NCBI GenBank assembly: GCA_964019335.1
Contig: OZ025659.1
Span: 248,001 to 312,000, forward strand
Length of the DNA: 64,000 nucleotides
Direction: 5' to 3'
Source: Diplonema japonicum
Lineage: Eukaryota; Protista; Euglenozoa: Diplonemea
The position numbers and the translations under genes are program-made. Under the pieces are notes generated by a model. The model saw only the letters and a list, made by a program, of their open reading frames with translations. It was not told where the DNA came from and ran no database searches. Positions 22,037 through 33,600 of the stretch are shown piece after piece. The first letter of the stretch is position 1, and the number at the start of each line of letters is the position of its first letter.

Positions 22037-23257
22037 TCAGATCATCGGGACCTGTACTTCGGTGGTCGCCTGCTTCCGCCGCCCAGCGTAAGCAGGGTCC
22101 ATGGTTTTCTCGCGGCCTTGTTTCTTCGTTGGTGTTTGCCTGGCGTTTTTGATGGCGGGATTTCCGGGGCGGGAGGAGGAGTAGTGGCAGAACATCAGGG
22201 AGGTTCGATAGTCCTTCGGCCAAGAGTTGAGCCGGAAGATGTTTTGGGTCTCGTAAGAGTAGCCGGTGGGGATAGACCACCTTGCGTCGTACTTGAGGAC
22301 GACGAGGGAGCCAGGGTGCAGCACGACTTTGGTCACACGGGTTCCACCTTCAGGGTTTTCTTCATCGACGGCAACCTCGCTGTCTCCGTGAGGGTGGCAC
22401 AGGTGCAGCACTCCGGTCGAATGTAAGTTGACGATGCAAACGTAATTCCCGAAATTTTTGTTTTTGACATGTGCATTCATTCCCGTCGTTGCCTCCAACC
22501 ACTCGGAACCTCTCGCCAGATTCGGACGGCGATCGAGCTGCGGCTGCCATTCTTGAACCTCCCCGCTTCCCCATTTGCTGTTCTGCTTTTTGGGTTGCAC
22601 CGAGTCCGGCCCGAAGTACTCCCATATCTTATCGCCCAGCTTTGACACCTCCGGGGTGCTGGTGAAGTCGACAAAGTTTTTTTTCCGCGCCTCGCAGTTT
22701 TTCTTGCAGGTGTGGAAGACATTCCTCCTGCCTATGTGTGTTATGCTCGGGTGGTTGCGATCCCTCCACCCGTGCCGGAGGGAGTCCCAGTTTGGGTTGT
22801 CAGAGTCACGATGCGCATTTCGCATCAGAGTGCAGGTGTTCTTCACTCGCGACGAAGTATCGGGGTTGCGAAAGAAAGGTGCGGTTTCTGATTCCAACGA
22901 ACGTTGTTCGTCGGGAGAGAGGAAGAAGGGGTACACCCACAGGCCTTTGACACCGTCGGGGACACCCGTGTCTAGTACTTCGATGACATTGATGCTAGGA
23001 TCGTTCTTTTTGATTTGTTCGTACACCTGCGCTTCGTTGTGGTTGTGCAGCGGGGTCTCCCTTGTCATTGCGTGCCGTTGCCATGCTGCGCGGGATCCGT
23101 CCTCGCCTACAACCTGCGTCACTAGCTTCAACTTGTGCTTTTGTTTCACGCTCAACACGTGATCCACGTCCTCGTCGGCGGTTTGGTACTCCTTGGACAC
23201 ATCGAAGTTCGTGTTTGCCCACCTAATCATGTGCCGGATGGAGCATCTTTTGAGCAT
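22037..23257 (-). CDS. AlkB-like (2OG-Fe(II) dioxygenase fold) protein, probably mitochondrial and catalytically degenerate
   Basis: GLWVYPFFLSPDEQ, PN..., GMNAHVK (HxD lost), IVNL, LHPGSLVVLKYDARW, RTSLMF. Basic N-terminus MLKRCSIRHMIRW. Confidence 0.6.
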   Translation of the reverse strand: MLKRCSIRHMIRWANTNFDVSKEYQTADEDVDHVLSVKQKHKLKLVTQVVGEDGSRAAWQRHAMTRETPLHNHNEAQVYEQIKKNDPSINVIEVLDTGVPDGVKGLWVYPFFLSPDEQRSLESETAPFFRNPDTSSRVKNTCTLMRNAHRDSDNPNWDSLRHGWRDRNHPSITHIGRRNVFHTCKKNCEARKKNFVDFTSTPEVSKLGDKIWEYFGPDSVQPKKQNSKWGSGEVQEWQPQLDRRPNLARGSEWLEATTGMNAHVKNKNFGNYVCIVNLHSTGVLHLCHPHGDSEVAVDEENPEGGTRVTKVVLHPGSLVVLKYDARWSIPTGYSYETQNIFRLNSWPKDYRTSLMFCHYSSSRPGNPAIKNARQTPTKKQGREKTMDPAYAGRRKQATTEVQVPMI

Positions 23258-23515
23258 TGGTTTTGTCGCCCCTCTTTGATTCTTGCGCAAGAGAAGAATA
23301 AGAAAAAGAAGAAACGAGAAACAAGAAACTCATGAGAGCCTTTAAATACGCTACGTTTGAGAAGAGAACAAAAAGAAAACGAAACGTAATGGGAGAAGAA
23401 AAAAAGTGAAACAAATTTTTGTTGCGTTGGGGTGGTGTCAATAAAAAAGAAAAAAGAAATATGAGTTAAAGGAGGCCAGTGTTGGTGGCGCCCTGCACAA
23501 GAACTGTCTACTTGA

Positions 23516-23695
23516 TTACAGGGGGTGCACCGCCGTGTCCTTAATGCGTGCGGTGTACAGCTCAACCCCAGCCGGGTAACCAAGATTCTGCGCTCGTGCA
23601 GTTTGCTGCTTGTTCATCACCCTGAGCATCTGCTTTATGATCTTCCCCTCGCTACCGGTGATGACCGACGAAGAGGTCAACAGCGAACAACACAT
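23516..23695 (-). CDS. Putative 59-aa microprotein
   Basis: MCCSLLTSSSVITGSEGKIIKQMLRVMNKQQTARAQNLGYPAGVELYTARIKDTAVHPL-TAA. It fills a GC-balanced island between AT-rich spacers on the gene strand and falls below the ORF-track cutoff. Confidence 0.5.
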   Translation of the reverse strand: MCCSLLTSSSVITGSEGKIIKQMLRVMNKQQTARAQNLGYPAGVELYTARIKDTAVHPL

Positions 23696-23864
23696 CTGAT
23701 GTTTTTCTTATATTTTCATGTTATCCCCACCACAAGAAAAAAAAAGAAAAAAAAAGCGCTCGGGAACGAGCGGGGAAATAAAGAGGAATTGACTCGTAAC
23801 TACTAGCCTTTTTTTTTTTTTCTTTTTCTTTTTTTTTTTTTTTTTTTTTTTCTTCATGTCTTTC

Positions 23865-25807
23865 TCACATGATTGCGCATTTTTTTTTCTTTTTTTTTTT
23901 TGCTGGTTTTTGCCTGTTCAGCTTTTGCGGTTCCCTAAGAGAATGTTCCCATTTGAAACAGATCTCCCGCCAGCATTCTTCTGTTACACTGAAGGCGACA
24001 TGTGGGCCGCGTGACGAAGTTGTCACGGTGTGGTCCTTGGGGCTGGAATCACTCTGCTGATTGGTCTGAACCACCTGTTCCACGAACCAAGGCCAGAAAT
24101 CTCGGTCAGCGTGGAAAGATGTAGCAGCAAAGGGCGAAGCTACTGTCACTTTGTGCGGGTGCTGCTGCAGCCAGCAATGAGCAAAACGGCATAGAAACCC
24201 CTTATTGATCTGCCCGTCGTCGAAATCCTCAAACAGAGGAGGGTCCATGGCACCAGGGTAGATCAGCATCTCATGGTTAAGGTTCCTATTAAAATTATCG
24301 TCAGTCAGCAAAGAGAGATCAAACGGCACAGACGGCTGCATCAGCAAGGCGTTCGCACAATGGTCCCGAGACGATGGCTGAAACCACGTCATCGCCGGCA
24401 CTGGTGGTTTAAACATCGCATAGTTCACAGTGTGCTCCCCTTGTTCTTCTTCTTCTTCCTCAAACTGCGTATCATCAAATTCAGCGTTGGGGTACTCGGG
24501 CCTTTCCGTCGTCTCTGGAGATGGGGATGGCTGTGTGTAACATGACACTTTGCAACTTTTTCCTTTTTTCCCATACCATCGGAAACGGTTCCTGTATCCC
24601 AACCGACTTCTCCTGTGCCCAGGTGCGGCAGATGTCGTTCCAGTCCTCTTCTGTGGTCTTGATGGGTGCCATGTTGGGGAGCATCTTGCTTGTCACAGTG
24701 GTGTCCTCTAAACCAAGCTCACCTCGTGCAGCGCGCATCCGGCTCCTCTGTCCTGCCATTGTCACGAACCTGTTCCAGAACTCCTCACTGGAGTGGAAGG
24801 TGGATGCACCGTGAGGGGTCGACACCACCACCACGTGAGGGTTCGCCTTCTCCCACCCTGACACGAAGCGCCTCAAGAATTCCTGATTCACAAGAACACT
24901 CTGGTCAGTGTGTGACGCATCCACATGGTAGTGGGGTCTGTTCATGGCACCAGGGTACCTCTGCACCTCTTGCACGAAATTGTTCCAAAAGTCATGGTCT
25001 GCCGGGAATGTGAAGTGGTCACTTTCCGTCACCGCCTGCGACAGCAGTGCCTTTGCGGACGGCTCGTCAGAGGGCTCGAACCATGGCTGTGCTTGGGTGA
25101 ATAAATAAGTAACTACCAGTTTCTGCCCCTTCATACCATCAGCGGGATGAGGCGTTGCGATTGCGGGGGTGCAACCTGTGTTATAGGAGCGGGTGATGGC
25201 GGCAGGGGAGCAGGTGGCTGCGGTGGAGGTGCCGCGTTCCCAACCGACTTCTCCTGTTCCCAGGTGCGGCAGATGTCGTTCCAGTCCTCTTCTGTGGTCT
25301 TGATGGGTGCCATGTTGGGGAGCATCTTGCTTGTCACAGTGGTGTCCTCTAAACCAAGCTCACCTCGTGCAGCGCGCATCCGGCTCCTCTGTCCTGCCAT
25401 TGTCACGAACCTGTTCCAGAACTCCTCACTGGAGTGGAAGGTGGATGCACCGTGAGGGGTCGACACCACCACCACGTGAGGGTTCGCCTTCTCCCACCCT
25501 GACACGAAGCGCCTCAAGAATTCCTGATTCACACGAACACTCTGGTCAGTGTGTGACGCATCCACATCGAAGTAGGGCGGGTCCATGGCACCAGGGTACT
25601 TCTGCACCTCTTGCACGAAATTGCTCCAAAAGTCAAGGTCTGCTGGGAATAAAACATCGTTACTTTCCGTCACCGCCTGCGACAGCAGCAATGCCTTTGC
25701 GGACGGCTCGTCAGAGGGCTCGAACCATGGCTGTGTGTTTGGGTTGAATAAATAGGTTACCGGTTTCTGCCCCTTCATACCATCCGCGGGATGAACGGGG
25801 GTTGCAT
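23865..25807 (-). CDS. Trp-rich module family gene C: 3 modules, C-terminal polybasic CaaX (~598 aa); introns 25731-25780, 25087-25136, 24531-24576
   Basis: Three phase-0 ATG|GTATG..CAG|CCA introns join the overlapping ORF fragments in frame; ends KPAKKKKKKKCAIM-TGA. Confidence 0.8.
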
Positions 25808-26030
25808 ATTTTTAGTCAACTCTCGTTCTTCTTCTTTTTCTTCCCCGCCCCCCAACTGTGCTGTGGATTGAACTGTTAACAAGGCATTGTATATGAAGCA
25901 AGGGAAGGAAGAAGAAACCTCAGAGAGCTCCAGAAATTGTCGTTTCTTTTTTTTTTTCTCTTTTTCTTTTTTAAATAGTGGCGACTGCCATGAGGTGTTA
26001 CCCCTCACCCCCGTATCATCTCACATCTTC

Positions 26031-29000
26031 CTAGAACAGGGAATACGTCTTCCTTGCGATTTTTTTCCTCTTTTTCGCCTTTCGCATCGGCTTCTTCACT
26101 TCGACAAAACCGATCTCCTCGTTGCCGGCTTCGTTGCCGGCTTCGTCACACGGACCCCTCTCTCCATACCCTGAAATCAGAACACGCTCACAGGTACTTA
26201 GAAACACGTACTGCTCCTCAAGCAAAGGTCTGGGGAGGGAAGCTACGAGACGTGACAATGCAGACAAGAGGCTTGGAGTGAAGTCAGGAGGTGAGAGAGC
26301 CTCAAGCGCACTACATAGATGATGAAGGGAACGGACAGGATAAGGCGAGTTGATACACGTGAAGACCAGCATCGTGTTCGTCATAGAAGGGTCAATCTGG
26401 ACATTGTGTTTGGCAAGGTCTTCCCCATCACGTGTCTCCAGGAAGCTTTCTACATCGCCCGCTTCTTTGCAGACGTTCAGCATCTGCACGTATTCCCTGT
26501 CCCTGGGTGTGAACCCGTGCGTAGCTATCATGTCCATGATTTTCCTGGCGTTTGCAACGCTCTTCTCCTTCCCGCACGGCTTCAACACACATCCAATCAT
26601 CGGGAGCGAAACCTCCATGTCGTTCTTCAAGCTCTCGAACAATTCCATTGCCTTGTCATAACCAGCACACGACGACAGTAGTGCCACGCCTGCAGATGTC
26701 GGTACTTGTTCGCCTTTTTGCAACGAGTTCTTCAGGTTTTCGTACGTGTTGAGCATGACGGTGAGCGGGGTATCTGCCTTGGCCAAGCCCCACAGTAAAT
26801 TGGTGGTCATCAACGGTGTGAGCTTTCCGCCTTTTTTCACACAGTCCCGCGAGATTTTCTGAATGGCGTTGATGTCCTTTCTTAGAACGTTGACCGACAT
26901 CATGGCGGAACAGAGATCGCCGAGCTCCTCGGGGAGCATGTCATCGTGCGCCTCCATGCCTTGGTTGTACAAATCCTCTGCTTGTGAAAACCCGCCTGAA
27001 TTACCGAGAAGTGTGACGCACGTTGTAGTGGTGGCGGGGCCGTGGTGAACAGAGTACGCTTCAAGATCTGCAAGCACATTCTTGCGGTATCTGCTTGCCG
27101 CAGTTGGTTTTTTCCGCAGCTGATGTCCTGCGTTGTTGCTCGGGAGCTTGTACTTCTCACGGAGGTATTTCGCGAGAGTCTTATCGTCATCGATGCTTCC
27201 GATCGCATCGTGCGTTGTCATTACCTCTCCCGTTAAAGCAAGGTAAAGTGCACGCGTCCTCGAGTTAGCAGGAAGGCCGGCTTTCTTCATCCTGGCAAGA
27301 TGCACAGTTCCCTTGACAATCATGTTCTTCATAGTGTAGATTTCCAGCATTGAATTCCACAGATTCGTGGCGCCTTTGTGTTTGTACTCCGTGATGAATA
27401 ATGTGAACCATTTTTCGATTGTTACAATCCGTGTTGCGTTGAGAAAGGGTGTTCCATCGTTGTGCTTCAAAAGTTCTGAATATGTTCGCAGTAATATATC
27501 GCAAGCTTGGGATGTAGGAGTCACATTCGAGGCGATCATTGTATTCCATGTTTTTAAAACTTCCGGGTACAGCCCGGACAGTTCTTGGCTTTGAAGAAGA
27601 AGCCTCCATTGAGAGGGTCCGGGGGTTAGATTGAACTCTTCCAAGGATTGGAACAGCTCGTTCGATTTCAAAGGTTCGTTGCTCGTGACGCATAAACGGA
27701 GGAGCGCGTTTATCGATTTGAGGGTAATCTGAACATTGTTGTCGCTCAGCATGGCAGCAAACACCTTCATCCCTTCCTCGAAGCTTGTTGCAAACTCGAT
27801 CAAAGGTGTGTAGCTTTCTTCTGTGAAAGAAACAACACCATATCCGATAGCGAAACATTCCTGTATCCGCGACATTCTTGCCCTTTTTGCCGATTCGTCT
27901 TCGGAGGTGTCTCGGCACCATGTCACGGCGTGTAGAATAGCGTTTAGCGTCTTGACGTGCAGGCCCATGCGAAGGTCTACCATTTCCGTTATGTAAAACA
28001 AGCAAATCTCCACCGACCGCTTGCACCATACACTTAGAATCAAATTGTAAATCTCCACATCTGGTATGACCCCATCTCGGCGCATTGTGGCGTAAAGAGC
28101 AGATATTGACGATCCTCTTGAGATTCTTGAAAGCGCTTGGAATGCTTGGCGGTATGATTGCAAGCCGATGTAGCTGTCCTGCTTGATCTTCCGAACCAGT
28201 TTCATGATTTTTTTCGAGAGTTCCAGGGTGTTTGACACAGAACGGATGTGTTGAAAACGAGAGCGGATGGCAACTGCGTTGCGGCGATCGGCATCTGCTT
28301 CATCATGAGTTGGTGGTGGTCTACTTGGAAAATCCTTGTATCGAGTGAAATCTTCAGGATTGTACTGCGTCGGCAGCCTTCCAGACCCGTTTCCGAAAAC
28401 CTGTTTCAATAGGTTTTGAAGGGAAATTGTTGCATGAAACTCATTGTCGATTGTTTTTTTTTGTGTTTCTCCAAAACGAGACAATCTAACGCCTGTTGCA
28501 TCGATTGGAAACGACTCTTCGGAGTAACAACTTTCAAAAGTTTCAATCCGGCATTTCGAATCGTACTTGAACTGAAAAACCGGTCCCCATGATATTATCT
28601 TCCTTGTTTTTTCTCGTTTTGGAGTTTCCTTTTTTTCCTTGATTTTTGGAGCGGTTGTAACCGCTTCAAGGTATCTCTTCGTGATGGACGGGATGATTTG
28701 CTCTTTTTCGAGCATTTTGTAAAGTGTTGTGTGGTCTTGTTTCATAACGAATCTCTTCCCCAGTTGTGCGAGGTTGAATGGGAGGTTCTGTTCTCTGTCT
28801 CGTTGCTTCTCTCGTGCGATGCTGCGGAGTTCTTCTACCGTTCTTCGTGTTGCGGTAGCACCTTCTGCTCTTCCGTATCGGTTTACTTTTGTCCCGACCA
28901 CCACGTTGAGGGCGCTGTGTGGGTACGTGCGGAGGCACAACTCGTTCCCCAGACGAAGGACCCAGTCCCGTTGCTCCTCCGTGGTGGTCTCAATGATTGC

Positions 29001-29081
29001 AAAATCGGGATTTCCTTTCATTTTGTTTTCATGGATTTTGAGCAGTCGAGCTGCCACCTTACTTCGGTGTGATATGGTCGA

Positions 29082-29084
<3 letters not shown>
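26031..29084 (-). CDS. Pentatricopeptide-repeat (PPR) protein, probably mitochondrial
   Basis: PPR-like units, e.g. LYATMRRDGVIPDVEIYNLILSVWCK, WNTMIASNVTPT, MKKAGLPANSRT, MIATHGFTPRDREYVQMLNVCKEAGD. Start at MSTISHRSKVAARLL after the A-run. Confidence 0.8.
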
Positions 29085-29117
<33 letters not shown>

Positions 29118-29238
29118 TTTCTCTTTTTTTTTTTTATTGAAGGGGGAAAAAAAAAGTTTAAAAAAAAAAAAGAAACCGTAGTGGGTGATTGAAAGGGGAA
29201 GGGGGAATTTTTTGGGAAGGTGCTTACGCTGGGCCGTG

Positions 29239-29272
<34 letters not shown>

Positions 29273-29873
29273 GAATGAGCTGAGGGTGGGCAGGGCTGAT
29301 TGGATTCTTAATTTCTTGTTTCCCCATTCCTTTTTTTTTTTGTCTTCTTCCTCCGGCTGTTCCGGTGCTTGAGCTCCAGACAAGCATGTGTGTCCAAAGG
29401 GGCGGGGAGAGAAGAAAAAAAAAAGAAAAATCAAAAAAAAAAAGAAAATCGTGGTTGTGTGCTTTTTTTTCCCATAGAGGAAGAAAAAAAAAATGGAAGA
29501 AAAAAAAAAAAGAAACCACTGCCTCAAGTTGTTTTTGGTCCCTCGTCCTTCCCTTCTTTCGTTTCTTTTTTTTTTTCCAGGTAGGGATATCGATGTGGTT
29601 GGAAGGGGGGGAAAAAAATGTTACAAAGAAAAAGAGGAACAGAAAAAAAAGAACACTAGGGGATACCCTTTAAAAGAAATTGGAAAAAAAAGAAAAAAAA
29701 AATCCCAAAGGAAAAAAAAAAGGAAGAAAAAAAAAAAGAACACTTACAAATGAAAAAAAAAAGAGGAAGAATACCAAACCACTACACAAGGGAGGGGAGG
29801 GGAGGGGGCGAAAAGAAAAAACAAAAAAAAAAAATGTTAATGATTTTTTTTTCCCTTTGTTCTCTTCATTCAT

Positions 29874-30424
29874 CTATTCAAAGAACAAACCGATCTTCTT
29901 CTGCCTAGCTTCCTCTTCGAACCAGACCTGCGATAAAAAGAAAAAAAATTTTTTTTCTTCTCCCATTTTAGAAATTATGAACACATACCGACCCAGGAGT
30001 GCCGTTTCTGGTACCGAAGGAGTGAAGGATTTGGTAAATAGCACGCTGTTGTTTTTTATTTTTTTTTTCCCCCCATCAAATCCCATGACATCCATACCTG
30101 CCTGTCTGTGTTGTACCCAAAGGACCTAACCCACTGGTATCCGTAAGATGTGAAGAAGAAGATGATGGTCCCGATCATCCCGACAGAGATGAGGATCGCA
30201 TCAAAGTGACTCTGCCACCAAATTGCGTAGTTTCCATAACTGTGGTTCCTCTTCCTGTATTCCATCTGCTCCCTCTGCGAGAGCATGAGCCACATTCCTG
30301 TGAACCTCCAGTTCTCTCTCAACACCGTCCTAGTCACATCCCTGGGGAAGTGGAAGTACGGGTTCGCGGCGAGAGCCGTCTGCGTCGCCTTGATCAAGGC
30401 AGGCTTCGTGGCCCTGAGTGCCAT
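29874..30424 (-). CDS. Small single-TM protein, probably mitochondrial (145 aa); introns 30046-30097, 29928-29988
   Basis: MALRATKPALIKA presequence-like start; TM AILISVGMIGTIIFFFTSY. Two GTATG..CAG introns give ..DRQ|RAIYQILHSFGTRNGTPGS|VWFEEEARQKKIGLFFE-TAG. Confidence 0.75.
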
Positions 30425-30645
30425 ATATTTTTTTTTTTTCCTCTCTTTTTCTCACCCTTTTTTTTTTTCGAAAAAGAAAACGAGAATAATAAAAAAAAAA
30501 CAAAAAACTATCTACTAAGAAGATGACAACATTAGTGTGGAGTAGAGGAGAGGGGGGGGGGGGGGGGGGGAGTGTGTTCTAAATACATCTATCATTTTTT
30601 TTTCTTTTAACATGACACATTTTTTTTTTTTTTTTTTTTTTTGCT

Positions 30646-33600
30646 TCATCCCATCGACCCTCCTATCGCCGCCACATGGTTCCTAGGCAACGAACGCAGT
30701 GCGTGCTCCGGAATAACAAGCACTTCTGAGTCGGGTGTGTACAGGGAAGACGGAGGCTTCTGCGAAAAGGTAGCCTCGATAGGGTTCAAAGGGTTAAACT
30801 CGGGGACAACGGAGGACAACGACGAAGGGGGCTGGCTGTGCTTCTGACCAGGAGGGGCATCATGGTCCTGATCAACGCTCTCAGTACGGTAGGTCTCTTC
30901 TTGCTGAGCGTCCTTGCTGTCCTTCGCCCTTGTGAACAACACGAACAACCCCACCCCAAGGCATATCAGCAGCAAACCTGACAACACTATCAAAGCAATG
31001 ACCCAAGCTGCCAGAGCACTTCCGTCATCATCATCCGTGACTGCAACAGGTGTTTTGACGACACCCTCTGCAGATGTCAGCCCGACTAGCCTTATGTCCC
31101 GCCTCACCGTTTCAGCCGCTGCGCTGTTCCCGCCCATCAGCACAAGGAATGCTTCCCCCAAAGCAGCGGGCATCGTGAACTCCACTACTGTATCCGGGTC
31201 GATTTTCTTGATAACGACGTCGCTGGGAGACGCGCCTACCGCTTTGCTGACCGTGTTTTTGAAAATGTTTTGGTCGAAAGTCGCACGTGGGGTGTCCAGT
31301 ACCGCGCGGAGCAACATGACACCATCGTCAGATATTATAATGGTCAGCTGTGCTGGAAGTGCCTGCAATCCTGTAGGGTCTCTTGCGATTATTACCACTG
31401 ACGTGTTCCCCACTACGCCAGGTGCCGTCACAAAGCTGAGCACTCCTGTTGGTGAGATTGTCGGGAGCCCCCCGGAGCTGAACAGCGATGGCTGTGTGAC
31501 TGACGTTTCGAATACTACATCTTGTGCTTCGTCTGGAGGTCCGCCTGCAACTTGTGTTGCCCATTGCAGGTTCACTTGTCCTTGATTTCTTGCTGCCCTC
31601 ACGATTGCCACTCCCGGGGTGAACCTTGGTGGGTCTTCGACAGCCTGGACATCAATCGTGAAGGATGCTACTTCTGTCCTGTCGATCCCGCCGTGTGCCG
31701 TGCCACCGTCATCCACAAGCACTACCATTACTGTTGCCTGTCCGTTTGTGTCCGCAGCCAAGGTGTAGCCGACATCACCGCCGCTTGTGACATACGGCGG
31801 TACCTTGAACATCCCCGGTCTGTTGTGCGTTGCCGTGAACGTCAGCTGTGATTGGTCAGTTTTTCTTTTTTTTTTTCTTCCACCCATACCTTCTGCATTA
31901 CTTCGTCTGCCGGCCCCGGTACAATGTTTGTTGCCCACTGTCTTGCGATCACAGGGAGGCTGTCTTCAACCACCTGCAGCGTTTTATAAAAAAAGAAGAA
32001 AAAAAACTGTCGTACCTTCATGTCGGCGCCGATGGTAAAGGCGGGCCTGTCGTTTACAGGGGTGATGGTGATGTAAAAGAACGCCGTGGTGGAGTCCCTC
32101 CCCGCGTTTTGGACCCCTCCGTTGTCGGAGAGCGTGACGTCCACCTTGAAGACGCCATTGACATCAGGAGCGGGGGTGAAGGTGAGGTCGCCTGTCGCTG
32201 GCCAGACCTTAGGGGGCGCCGTGAAGGCGGCGAGGTTGGACGTGGTCGTGAAGGTAAGAGCCTGGCCTGTCTCATACGCACCGGGAGTGATGTCTTTGGC
32301 CCACCCAGCCCATATCTGTGCCCCTGAGTCCTCGAGGACGGCCACATCGCCGCTCATTGTGAAGCCAGGAGCGTCGTTGACGGAAGTGATGAAGAAGACC
32401 ACTGTTGTGAGACGTGACTCGGCCCCGCTGCTGTCCACAGCCACAATGTCCACGATCACTTCACCGCTTACGTCAGGCTTCAGGTTGAAGCACAGGTCGC
32501 CCGTCGCGCTGTCGATCGTCGGCACCGACTCGAACACGTTGTCTTTCCTGGACGTCAGCCTGAACTCCACCGTCTGGTCCTTCTCATTAGGCGGTCCCGC
32601 CATGATATCTGTAGCCCACCCTTCCACACACTGCGGCAATGTGTCCTCTAAAATACTTATATCAGCGCCCTTTGAAAAGGTAGGCACGTCGTTCACAGGG
32701 ACGATCTCAATGCTGAAGACTTGGATGTCGCTGGTGTCTGAGTTCCCGTTTCCTGTGTCGATGAGCCGCACGGACAGGCTGGTTGTGCCGTACTGATTCA
32801 GCGCAGGCGTGAAGGACAGGACGCCCTCGGGAGATACAGCAGGCTGTTCTGTGAACAGGTCAGGGATGGCAGGGACCACTTCGAACCGCACCCCTTGGCT
32901 GTCTTCGTTTGGACCCCTGCTGATCATCGTGGCCCACTCTGCTGCGTACCTCCCGGAGTCTTCCAGCACGCTCACGTCCATGCCCCGCCTGAAGGACGGA
33001 ATATCATTCACGTTCTTAATGTTGATTGTAAACGACGCCTTTTTGGTGTCCTGGCACCCGTTGGCCGTCCCACCGTTGTCCTGCAGCACGATGTTCACAG
33101 TTGCCACACCAAAGGCATCTGCAGCAGGTGTGAAGGTGAGGTCGCCTGTGGCAGGCGAAACGGCAGGTAGCTGCGAGAAGAAGGCCTCGAACTCAGCAGG
33201 CGTTTCTAAGGAGACCACCTTCAGAACCTGGTGGCGCTCATCCAGGGGGCCTGTAGCGAGTTGTTCCATCCATCTTGCGAATGACACTGGGCCTGCATCC
33301 TCAGCTACCTCAACGTTCCCAGCCTGCAAGAACTGCGGGGGGTCGTTACACGCCTCGACCGTGACCAGCATATCCTGGCAGTAGGTGTCGACGCCGTCCA
33401 GGCAGCTGTCCTGCACGTTCACTCCGCCGTCATCTTTCAGGCACACCTCGACTCTGCTCTGCCCATTGGCGTCCTGTGCCAGCGTGAACGTGAGATCACC
33501 GGTGATGGGGGAGATGGCGGGCGGCACTCTGAACAGCGCAGGGTTTTCAGGCTTCATAATGAACTCTAGAGCCTGACCCCCTTCTGACCCAGGGTCTTTC

